Assembly: GCF_963921235.1 (NCBI RefSeq)
Contig: NC_086097.1
Span: 153,390,001 to 153,454,000, forward strand
Reading direction: 5' to 3'
DNA: 64,000 bases
Source: Mobula hypostoma
Lineage: Eukaryota
The translations under genes and the position numbers were made by a program. The notes beneath the pieces were generated by a model. That model saw only the letters and a program-made list of their open reading frames with translations, had not been told where the DNA came from and did no database searches. Shown here in pieces: positions 37,791 to 49,667 of this stretch; position 1 is the stretch's first letter, and every line of letters begins with the position of its first letter.

Positions 37791-39956
37791 TATAATTTTA
37801 CACTTCCGCATTAGGTATAAAGCTGCTATTTCAGTTCAGCATACAGCAACTTTCCTAGTAAAACAACATGTAAGGATTATAGTGCAGTTCATATTTTGAA
37901 GTCACTGAGTAATGTCAAAGACATTGAGTATGTTTGTGACTGAGAGTCAATTCGCACATTCTGCTGCCAATGGAAATTTTGAATCAGGGCAAATTCAAGT
38001 GTGCTTGGAGCTGCCTTAATGTTCTGCTATATTTGGCAGTCGTCGAAGTGTAATCATTAATAAGACAGAATGCCACCCACAGCCAAATGTTAAATAAACA
38101 GAATGCGAGAAAATTGGCATTGTGCCTTTTCTCTTATCTCTGTCTGTGACAGGGCAGAAAGGGAGAGATTGGAACCACAGGTAGGTAGGCCAGTACATAG
38201 TGGACGCCAGTTTAAAGGAAAAGAAACAGAGAGGAGATGGAGAGAAAATGTTACAATTTCACAAACATGGTGATTGAAAGGTAGCAATATCAGCTGCATT
38301 TGTGGATTTCAAAAGGGAATTATATATACATTTGAGAATGTATTTGGGAGAAAACATTTGGGGAAAGAGCAAAGGAGGAGGAGCAGGAATTTTGTAGGTA
38401 TTTCAGTGAGCTGGTATTGGCAGAATGAGTCAAATGACCTGAACCTCAGCTATAAGTTGCTACTTCTACCTTATAATGTCAAAGATCAGTACTAAACATT
38501 GTGATATTTCTAATCTACTCTAAACCGAAAGATCAACCAACTTGCACTTTTGACTCTCCCCCTCACCTTTATATTATTTGTTCTTCACTTTGAATATACT
38601 CAATAGATAGCACCTGTCTACTCGCTCATCAGGCTTAAGGCTTTGATGAAGGATGACAGTTATGTGGACAGAATCTGAGGTTACTCTCTTTGCTACAGAG
38701 AGAGGTTTGTGAAGATATTTAATAGTGTTATTTGAAATCACGAATACCATGGACAGAAAAGGTTCAGGGAAACTATTCCCATCAGCGGAGGGAAAAGAGA
38801 TATTCGAGTTTAAAAATAGCACAGTGAAAGGTTCAAGTTTTAAAAAAGGACAGTAATTTTTTTTTTCTTTGGAAGAAGGAAAAAGTTGGTTGAGTTAAAA
38901 AAAAGACAAAAAAATGACTGAAAGTTCATGGGTTCATAAACAATGAATACCTGATGATAATAATTATAAGTATTATAAAAAGCAGAAATGGCTGCCTACA
39001 TCAGAAAGATGGAGTCATTTGATTGCACAACAGGTAACTGGCTGATCTATACTGAACAAATTGAGCAGTATTTTGAAGCAAATGAAATAGCCAATGAGAA
39101 AAAAGTGCCAGTTTGCTTAGAAGGTTGACTGTTCCAACCAAACCAGCTGAAATTAGCTTTACTGATATCGTGAAAGTAATGCAGGAACATATAGAACTGA
39201 AACCATTATAGAACCCTTTAGGAATCAAAAGGAAGGGGAGTCCATTTCAGTGTATGTGGCTGAACTGCAGAGATCGGCTGAGTAATGTCAGTTCAGTAAT
39301 AGGCTTAATGATCAGACCATAAGACCAGAACTAGATCATTCGGCCCATTAAGTCTACTTCAACACCTCATCATGGTTGATCTGTTTCCCTCTCAAACCCA
39401 TTCTTCTGTCTTCCTCCATAACTTTTTGGGTCCTGACTAATTAAGAACCTATCAAACTCCACCTTCAATATACCCAATGACATGGCCTCCATAGCAACCT
39501 TTGGCAATGACTGACATAGATTCACCACTTGATAGCTAAAGAATTTCCTCCTCATGTCCATTCTAAATGTAAGTCCCTCTATTTTGAGACTGTGTCCTCT
39601 GGTCCTACACTCCCCCACCAGAGCAGGCATCCGCTCCACATCCACTTTATTGAGGCCTTTCAGCATTTGATAGGTTTCACTGAGATCACCCTTTATTCTT
39701 CTAAATTCTAGTGAGTAAAGGCCCAGAGCCAGTAATTGCTCCTCATACCAAAAAACTTTCATCTCAAATCATTCTTATGAATTTCCTCTGAACTCTCTCC
39801 AATGTCATCACATCATATCTTGAATAAGAAGTCCAAAATTGCTCACATTAGTTCAAGTGCAGTCTCACCAGTGTGTTATAAAGACTCAACATTTCATTTC
39901 TACTTTTCTATTCCAGTCCTCTCGAAATGAATTCTAACTTTACATTTGCCTTCCAG

Positions 39957-40842
39957 TGTCACAGTCTGGTCCATCGATCCTTGTTCTGGGTTTTCATGTT
40001 TTCTCCCTTGTTCTGTTGAATGCCTCAATTGAGGCACCTAATTCTCATTTTGGGCTGGCTACATAAATAGCTCCTGGGTTCAGCTTCATTTGCTGGACTG
40101 TTCCCTTCTCTTCCCCTTCCGCCTGAAGCCTTGCCTGCAACCTCACCTGCATCCTCAGCTGTAACGCTGTCACATTCAACCACCGGAGCATGTCCGGGTC
40201 TTTGCTGTGTCAAGATAAGGATCAGTCTGTCATTGTTTGGAATTGTCTGTTTGTGTTCTCGCATTCGCTAGGTAGGTCCAGACGTTTGCCACTACCTTGA
40301 GTTGGGAAACGTCTCTATGAGTCCTTGTCTTTGTTGGATAGGACTGGCCGTTTGCCGCTACCTTGTGTTAGGAACCGTCTCTTTGTGTCCTCGCCTCCTC
40401 TGTATAGTTCAAGATGTTCTTCACTACCCTGAGTGGAGAACTGTCTCTTCATGTTCAGTGTACTGTGTATAGAAAGAGCCCTGGCCCTTGGTCCTTGGTC
40501 CACATCTTGTCCTAGCCTAGATCCATGATTCCAGTTCCGAGTCAAGACCCAGATTCCTAGTCCCAACCAAGACTCAGGTTCCAGGTCCTTGTCCAGGCTC
40601 TAGTTCCGGAGTTCTGTGTCCCTAGTCCAGACTCCGTGTTCCTAGTTCCTTGTCCGGGTTCCATGTTTCTTGTCCATGTCCTAGCCCAGGCCCTGCATCC
40701 TAGTCTCATCCAGGGCCTTTGTCAATGTCCATCGTCCTTTCTTCCCCACTTCCCTTGCTTTCTTGTCACACTGAGTCCTGTTCCTAGTACTTCAGTGTCT
40801 GTGTCTTACATTTGGGTCCTCCACCAACGCCCCCTTATGACA
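39957..40842 (+). mobile_element. Solo LTR (TGTCA…TGACA family), copy 1
   Basis: TGTCA…TGACA termini; homologous to 52644-53696 and 59928-61073; interrupts a CR1. Confidence 0.8.
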
Positions 40843-42035
40843 TCCTCACCACTAACTCAACTTGCCAGTTAACCTTTAGGGAATCCTGCAGGAGTGCTCC
40901 CAAAACCCTTTGCACATCAGATTTTTGAATTTTCTCCCTGTCTAGAAAATAGACTATACTTTTATTCCTTCTACCAAAGTGTTTGATTATACATTTCCAT
41001 CAAGACATTCCATTTGCTACATCGATGCCAAATTTTCTTATCTGTCCAAGTCTTTCTGCAGCCTTCTTGCTTCCTCAACACTACCCGCCCCTCAATCTAT
41101 CTTTGTATCCTCTGCAAAAATGGTCACAAAGCCATAAATTCTGTCATTGACATACTATGTAAAAAGATTTAGTCCCAACACAGACCCCAGTGGAACATCA
41201 CTAGTCACTGGCAGCCAATCAGAAAAGGTTCCCTTTATTCCCACTCCTTGCCTCCTGCCAATCAGCCAATGCTCTAAACATACAAGTATCTTTTCTGTAA
41301 TACCATGGGGTCTTATCTTATTAAGTAACCTCATTAACGGCATCTTGTAAAAGATCTTCTGAATATCTATGTATAGAACATCTACTAATTTTCCTTTGTC
41401 TATCCTACTTGTTATTTCCTCAAAGAATTCCAGAAAATTTATCAGGCAAGCTATTTCCTTAAGGAAATCATTCTGACTTTGATGTATTTTATCATGTGCC
41501 TCCACATACGCCAAAATCTCATCCTTAAGAATTGACGCCAACATCTTCCCAACTACTGAGATCAGACTAACTGCCCTATAATTTCCTTTCTTCTTCCTTC
41601 TCCCTCCTTGAAGAGTGGAGAGATATTTTTAATTTTCCAGTCTTCCAGAACCATGCCAGAGTCTAGTGATTCTTGAAAGATCATTACTAATACCTCTACA
41701 ATCTCTTCAGCTACTTCAATCACTTTCAGAACACTGGATTGTAGTCAATCCAGTCCAGTGACTTATCTACATTCAGACCTTTCAGTTTCTCAAGCAGCTT
41801 CTCTCTAGCAAGAGCACTTGCATTCAAATCTGCTTCCTGATATTCTCAAACCTCTGGCATATGTCACAGTGAAGACTGATGCAAAATACTTAATCAGTTC
41901 ATCCAGCATTTCCTTGGCCCCATTAGTACGTCTCCACCATCATTTTCCAGCAATCCAATATCTACTGTCACGTCTCTTACTCTTCATATAGATCTTGGCA
42001 TCCTCTTTGATATTGTTGGCTAGCTTACCTTCATG

Positions 42036-42200
42036 TTTCCTCATCTTTTTTTTCTCTAGTCCTGATGAATGGTCTCGACCTGAAACGTCATCTGTGCTCT
42101 TTTCCATAGATGCTGCCTGGACTGCTGAGTTCCTCCAGCATTTTGTGTGTGTTGCTTGGATTTCCAGCATCTGCAGATATTCTCTTGTTTGTGATTGGAT
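42036..42200 (+). mobile_element. Short PLE-derived element with hammerhead core
   Basis: AGTC-CTGATGA-ATGGTCTCGACCT-GAAAC-GTC at 42058-42089; the stem I 3' arm is mutated. Confidence 0.8.
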
Positions 42201-42569
42201 TACTTTTATATTTTATCTTTTCGCCCCTTATGGCTTTTTTAAAGTTACCTTTTGATGTTGTTTTATAAGCTTACCAATCTTCAAACTTCCCACTCATTTT
42301 TGCTCTATTATATGCCTTCTCTTTTGCTTTTATATTGGCTTTGACATCCCTTGTCAGCCACAGTTGCCTCATCCTCCCTTTAAAATTCTTTTTCATCTTT
42401 GGGATATATCTATCCAAATACCTTCCAAATTTAGCCAGAAACATCATACAGTCATCCCTGCTAGGCCAGATTCACTCTCATGCCTCTTTAATTCCCTTTA
42501 TTACACTGAAATACTGATACATCTGACTTTATCTTCTCCCTCTCAACTGCAGGGTGAATTCCATTATAC

Positions 42570-43416
42570 TCTAACTGAGTGGAGCTGAGTTAAGATGGTA
42601 ACAAGTGGCTGCCTCTTTGAGCTCATCTGCAGAAATAACTTAAATTCCTCTTTAACGTCTTTTCTTTTGTCTTTTCAGGGTGGTTGGGGTTCTACTGGTG
42701 TCATGACCTGTAAGTGGCACTCAAACTGCAGTTTTTCTTTTACAGCAGATGAATTCCCTTTCCTGGAAGTCACTGGCTGGCCATTTTTCAACATTCTCCA
42801 GGTGCTGCTTGGAAGACAATGCTTCCGGGGTGCGGCCCTGTGGACGACTGATTCCAGGCCGGTGTTGATGACTGAGACGTTGCGGGAGATGAAACATTCT
42901 GATTTTGCTGTGGCAGATTTATGGACAGAGGTCTCTGTAGTCCAGCGGCTGCTCTCTCTCTCTCTTGATAGTGGGAGAGTTTGTTGCTGATTCTCGAGTC
43001 AGAGAATCTCGGAGCAAGTAGCAAGGCAGCAGACTGTAATATCGTAACAGCAACTGTAATACTTCTCTTTCACTGTGAAAATTGGTGATCTCTCTCTACC
43101 TCATGTTAGTGAATGAAAGAGAGCCTGTGGCATGTTGAACTGTTGGGTAAACAATGGTTTTGTTGACTGCAGATTCGTGTGCTTTGCTATTGCTTGGTGG
43201 GGGGTGAGTGCTAATGCGTTTTGCTGAAATGGGCAGGGGGAGGGGAGGTTGTTTCATTGATGCTTTGCTGCTGATTGCACAGGGGAGGGGGAGGAGGAAC
43301 TTTGGGGTTCTAACGTTTTTCTATTGTTCATTCTTCTGGTTTCCATTGGATGTCTGAAAAGTCAAGTACTTCAAGTTGTGTATTGTTAACGTACTCCGAT
43401 AAAAAAAGAACCATTC
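42570..43416 (+). mobile_element. Non-autonomous non-coding retroelement (AAGATGG head, Rex1-like tail), old
   Basis: Interrupts a CR1; its 3' half is similar to 44140-44572. Confidence 0.6.
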
Positions 43417-43460
43417 GATCACTTACTCCTAAGTGTTCCGTTATCTTAAGCTCCCCATAG

Positions 43461-43515
43461 ACATAGTCATAGTCATAGTCATACTTTATTGATCCCGGGG
43501 GAAATTGGTTTTCAT
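43461..43515 (-). mobile_element. ~55-bp Rex1 tail insertion (family of 8056-9185)
   Basis: CATAGTCATAGTCATAGTCATACTTTATTGATCCCGGGGGAAATT, nearly identical to 8056-8100. Confidence 0.85.
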
Positions 43516-43694
43516 TTCCAACTAATCATATCTGTCCCTAATCATATCTGTTTCATTACACAACACCCAATTCAGAATAGCTGATCCCCTAATGAGCTCA
43601 ATCACAAGCTGCTCTAAAAAGCCATCTTGTAGGCAGCCTAGAAATTGTCTCCCTTGGGATCTGGCACCAAACAGATTTTCCCAATCTACCTGCA

Positions 43695-44572
43695 GAGATA
43701 AAGATGTTGCCAGAGGTCAACTTCTCCCAGCTCATCAGTGAAACAGTTAAGTTCTTCCTCTGTTAATGTCTCTATTTTCCTTTTCAAGGTGGCTGGGATC
43801 CTGTTGGAGTCTGTGATCTATAGAAGCACTCAGACTGCAGTTTTGCATGGCAGCATGTTCCCATTCTTGGAGCTTGCCCAACAGCCGCATTTTCAATACC
43901 GCTAGGTGTGGCCTCAAGTCGAGCACCTTCGGGATGTGGCCTTGCATGGCCCTGTGGACACAAATTCTTGCTGGTGTTGCAAACTGTATTGTCAAGGGGA
44001 CCCAAAACATTAGGACAGTGATAGTGGCTGTCGGAGGCCTCTGCACTCAGGAAATCACGCTCTCTCTCTTTCCTGATGGTAAGTGAGAGTTTGCTGCCAG
44101 TTATTGAGTCAGGGAATTCAAACTAAAAAGTGATGCTGCAGCATGTGACTGTAATATCGAAACAGTGACTGTTCGTCTCCCCTCTCATGGTGGAAGGAGT
44201 GATATCTGTCTCTCCCTTGTTAGTGAGACAGAGAGAAAGGTAGAAGGATGTCGAATTGTAGGAATGAACAGTTAGTTTCTGATGTACTGTAAACAATGGA
44301 ACCATGGTCTGTTTCTGGGGGCTTTGCTGTTGTTTGCATGGTGGGTGGTGGGAGGCTCTGATGCTTTCTGCTAGATTAAGTGGGGGGAGAGTTGATGCTA
44401 ATTGCTGCTACCTGTGCATGGGAGGGGTTCTTATGTATTTTTATGTCAATCATTCTTTGGGGGGTTTTATTCTGTTTCAAGGATATCTGCAGAGAGCAAG
44501 AATTTCAGGCTGTATATTGTATACATTCTCTGATAATGAACATAGAACCATTGAATCATTGAACCATTGAAA
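43695..44572 (+). mobile_element. Non-autonomous non-coding retroelement (AAGATG head, (TTGAACCA)n tail)
   Basis: The host CR1 rejoins across it (TCTACCTGCA|TTGAAATCCCCCATGAC); tandem-repeat tail. Confidence 0.65.
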
Positions 44573-47552
44573 TTGAAATCCCCCATGACTTGCGTAACAT
44601 TGCCCTTTTGACGTGCCTTTTCTATCTCCAATTGTAATTTCTAGCCCAAATCCTGGCTGCTGTTTGAAAGCCTGCATATAACTCCCATCCGGGTCTTTTT
44701 AACCTTTGCAGCTTCTGAAGTCCACCCACAATGATTCTACATCTTCTGATCCTATGTCACTACTTTCTAAGGATTTGATTTCATTTTTTACCAACAGAGT
44801 CACACCACTCTGCTGCTTACCTGCATATCCTTTCAATACAATGTGTAGCTTTGGATGTTAAGCTCCCAACTATGAGCTTCTTTCCAATACAACTCAGTGG
44901 TGCCAACAACATCGTACCTGCCAATTTCTAATTGCGCTACAAGATCATTTACTACGTGCATTCAAATATAGCACCTTAACCCCCATATCTATCAGCTTTT
45001 CGAATTTGCACCATTTTATACTACAACTCATTCCACTGACTGAAATTTTGCCTTATCATTTGCCTTTCTGACAGACTCTCTAAACACTGCCTCTGCTTGT
45101 AATCCAACAGCCCTCTCACTCTAGTTCTCATCCTCCTGCCAAATTAGTTTAAAACCTCTCCAACAACACTAGCAAACCTGCCCACTAGGATATTGGTCCT
45201 ACTCAGTTTCAGGTGTAGCCCTGCCCTTTAGTATAGGTCATACCTTCCCCAGAAGAGATCCCAGTGATCCATAAATCTGAAACCCTGCCCTCTGCACTAG
45301 TTCCTCAGCCACAGAAATCAGAGATTGTTACCCTGGAGATCCTGCTTTTCAGCTTTCTATCTAGCTGTCTAACTTCTGTCTTTAGGACTTCTTCTATTTT
45401 CCTTGCTTTGTCATTGCTACCAATACCAAGATGTTTGGCTGCCCACCCTTCCCCTTTAGAATGTGGTGGACCTGATCTAAGGCATCCCTAACCATGGAAC
45501 CTGGTGTCTCTATTGTGTCCACAAAATCTAGTGTCTACTCCTCTAACTATGGAATCCCCTGTCACTACTGTGGCCTTCTTCTTTCTCCCTCCCTTCAGAG
45601 CCACAGTGCCAGACTCAGTGCCAGAGACCGGGAAGCTACAGCTCTCCCCAGTAGGGTATACTTAGAATTGAAGAGAATGGCCATGGGGTACTCTGCTTAC
45701 TGAGAGATCAGTTAGTTTGGGCAATCTTACCAGAAAGCATTCAAAAACGGTGCCTAACTGAAGCACAACTCACATTTAAAACAGCAGTTGAAATCATTGT
45801 ATCAATGGAAACACCATACAGAAATGTAATTGATTTGCTGTCAGGAATGAGAGCAAACTTGAACAAAATTGCAATCTCTAAACGTAAACCTGCCTGGATG
45901 AACAACTTGTGTTCCTGTTGTGGCAGGGTCTCACATACACTGGACCATGGTTTAAAGGCAAAACTTGCAGAAAACACAATAAAGTTGGACACACACAATG
46001 ATTACATTGGTCAAACAAAAATAATTGGACTGCACAGCGAAGAGAAAAAGATAAATGTCAAGCTGCAGTTTCTAAAAGAGCACTAATCTACATGTTGTTA
46101 ATGAAAAATTTGACAATGATGAGAGTGACACAGGACTGAGTATCCTTGACATTTACAATGTGAAACTAACAATAGGCAAGCAATATGGCTTATACCAGAA
46201 GAAAATGGCAAATTAATTAAAATGGAATTGAACATTGGCTTGGCTGTTTCAGTCATTCCACAAAATGAGTTGAGCAGCATTTCCAAGATACTAAACTGAA
46301 GCCTGCAGATATCCAACTAAGAACTTATACCAGAGAAAAGATCATTCCTGTGGGTATGACATTAGTAACAATGAAATTCAACAACCAGCAAGCCACAATG
46401 GGCTTGTGTTTGGTAAATACAGGAGTGCCAGCACTGTGGCTCCGTGATTGACTGAGCAAGCTACAACTTGAGATTCATCCACCATTTGCATGCCACATCC
46501 CTTGCAGTAGAGTCAACTAAAAGCAAATTAAGAATGTTACTGGATGATGCCACAATAGTGTTCAAGGATGGCATTGGAAAATACAACATATCAAGGTTTT
46601 CATAGTGTTATATGAAAATGCCATACCTATGATTTACAAAGGTTGTCCAGTTCCTTATACCATCCATGCAAAAGTAGCCAGTGAGCTAGATTGCATGGAG
46701 GCTGAAGGAATTCCTTCCAAGGTTCAGTGAAGCCCATGGACAATGCCAATGGTCCCAATAGCCAAGAAGGATGGGTCTGTCAGGGTATGTGGTGATTTTA
46801 AGGTCACCATCAACCTAGTACTGAAAGTAGTTCACTACCCTCTGTCCTAGGTAGAGGATATCTTTGCAAACCTTTCTGGAGTGAAACACTGCAGCAAAGT
46901 GGACTTAGCTGATGCCTACCTACAGATGGAGATGGTAGAGGAGTCCAAATTGTTTCTCACCATAAACACTCATAAATGTCTTTATCGCTATAATGGGATT
47001 ATTTCTAGAGTAGCACTACACTCTTGCAAAAAGCTATAGATTAGGACCTTCAAGACTGCCCAGGCTCTTAGTGTTACTTAGATGACATCATTTTACCAGT
47101 AGAAATGACAAAGAATATCTCAAAGAGGTTAGAAGATTATGTGCTCAGAACACAACACAACAAGTGTGAATTTTTCAAACCAAGCATCACTTATTGTAGT
47201 CACATCACTGATGCACAGAATTTACACAAGTGTGCTGAGAGAATTCAAGCGGTAATGGATGTCCCAATGCCAAATGTCATATCACAGTTGTGGTTCATTT
47301 TAGGATTTGTTAATTTATGTAGGGATTGAGATTTGTACATCCAAGCTGAGAGTTAAAGTTTTGGAGCAGCTACGTATTGATCATCGAGACATGATCAAAA
47401 TGAAAGTGTTGGTTCAAAGCTTTGTCTGGTGACTTGGAATTGAGCAGCGTGCTATGCACTGTTTGGGATGCTATCACATCCAGAAGAAAGATATTCAGAG
47501 CTGTCAGAGCCACTTCCTACAGTCCCAGAGTCAACTCCTAAAACTGCTATGG

Positions 47553-47773
47553 AAGACCATATATAACCATATAACAATTACAGCACGGAAACAGGCAATC
47601 TCTGCCTTTCTAGTCCGTGCTGAACTCTTACTCTCACCTAATCCCACTGACCTGCACTCAGCCCATAACCCTCCATTCCTTTCCTGTCCATATAGCTGTC
47701 CAGTTTAGCTTTAAACAACAACATCGAACCTGCCTCAACCACTTCTGCTGGAAGCTCGTTCCACACAGCACAA
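47553..47773 (-). mobile_element. CR1 3' fragment inside the Gypsy
   Basis: VWNELPAEVVEAG remnant; ACCATATA-type tail. Confidence 0.8.
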
Positions 47774-49667
47774 GACGTCCCAGAATCTGAGATTGTTTTA
47801 CTGCCACACATCTCACCTGCCAAGCAGAGTGTCCTCCCTGGTCAGGAAAGATGTTATCCCACAAGAGAGCAATATGTTACATATTTCAGTTAAGATGCAT
47901 TCAATGTTGAGTTGGAGTTCATAGCTATACAGAAAAGACTGTTGTGTATTCAATGTTTGAGTGATAATGTAAATATATTGTTTGATTAAATTCTTTGTTG
48001 TTTACATAATTTATTACAGATTGTATGTAAAATACATGAATGGCATACGTCATTACACCACCACAACTTTAGTGCATGCCTCACTTACAGTAAAAACAAA
48101 GTAGACCCACATCTTCCAGTTCCAGTGGGGTTTTTTTTGAATACTTTTTTGGAGTTACAAATTATAACAGCTCCCACCTTACTTTGATAAGAAATAGTCA
48201 ATTCATGCACACCACTTTTCAGGATGTATATTGTCTACATTTCTCTGACATTACATCTACTTATTGAAACCTATTGAAACCACTAACATTAGCAACACAC
48301 ACAAAATATTTGAGGAACTCAGCAAGCCAGGCAGCATGTATGGAAAACATTAGCAAACTAGTCTGATATTCTGTTCTGAAGACCTCCAACTTGAATGCAC
48401 CCAGGATGTAATCAGCCTTTTCAAGATCAAAATAGATAAAAAGTGAAGTCAAAATTCAACAGATTCCAGGAAACCCAAGCTCTTTTGTTTTCTGTCCAAA
48501 CTTCAGCTCCCTGATCGGTTTCAATACACTCCAGTATATATGCAGATCAAAGATTCCAATAACTTGGGAGTTCTTGTGTCGGATTCTCTAAAGGTTAACT
48601 TGCAAGTTTGGTGGTAAGGAAGGCAAATGCAATGTTAGCATTCATTTCAACAGGACTAGAAGATTTATTTATTTATTTCTTTAGAACACTTGGTTTTAAA
48701 CAATAAGATTTCACCTTATTCTTCATTAGCCAGGATATAGGCTCTTCATTAGCCAGGGGATCAAAGGGTATGGGGTGAAAGCAGGGGAGTGGGGATGACT
48801 GGAAGAATTGGATCAGCCCATGATTGAATGGCGACCACAACATGATTGAATGATTCTTCTGCTCCTATATCTTATCGTCTAATATATCTTTTCTAACAAG
48901 GTCTGTATTTTTGCTTAAAACAGTGTTGCTTTCAAATTTTACTTTAAAAAATTCTGGTTGGCGGTCAGTGACTAGTGGTGTTCCACAGGGGTCTATATTG
49001 GAACAGCTTCTGTTCAGATTATATGTCAGTTATTTGGATGAAGGAACTGATGATTTTGTGGCCAAGTTTGCAAATGATATGAAGATAGGTGGAGAGGCAG
49101 GTAGTATTGCGGAAGCAAGGAGTTTGCCGAAGGAATTAGACGGATTGAAATAATGGTCCAAGAAGTGACAGGTGGAATATAATAAGAAATTGTATGGTTA
49201 TGCACTTTGGCAGAAGGAATAAAGGCATAGATTATTTTCTAAATAGGGAGAAAATTCAAAAATCTGAGGTGCAAAGGGACTTAGGAGTTCTCGTGTAGGA
49301 TTCTCTAAAAGTTAACTTGCAGGATTGGTGGTAAGGAAGGCAAATGTAATGTTAGCATTCAATCCAAGAGGACTAGAATATTTATTTATTGTTTAGAACA
49401 CTTGGTTTTGAACAAGAGCAAATATGTGATGTTGAGGCTTTACAAGGCATTAGCTAAACCACATTTGGAGTAGTGTGAGCAATTTTGCGCTCCTTATCTA
49501 AGAAAAGATGTGCCAACATCAGAGAGACTCCAGAGGAGTTTTACAAGAATCATTGTAGGAATGAAAGGGTTAGTGTATGAGGTGCTGTTAATGGCTCTGG
49601 ACCTGTATTCCCTGGAGTTTAAAAGAATAAGGTGAGATCTTATTGAAACCTATTGAATATTGAAAGG

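Larger units (their letters stand above)
39314..45697 (-). mobile_element. Near full-length old CR1 with SGNH-esterase ORF1 remnant; hosts five younger insertions
   Basis: Tail at 39314; RT remnants 39370-41544; endonuclease remnants to ~44990; ORF1 FRFMDHWDLFWGRYDLY…LHL…TNILVGRFA at ~45170-45285. Confidence 0.85.
38988..48169 (+). mobile_element. Decayed Gypsy LTR retrotransposon split by a CR1 nest; 3' LTR at 47940-48169
   Basis: gag start 38988-39313 rejoins at ~45700 (LND..RD.LV motif). Protease-like KMELNIGLAVSVIP, RT remnant with YLDDI (~47075), integrase zinc-finger remnant (~47340-47470), LTR TG…CA. Confidence 0.8.
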
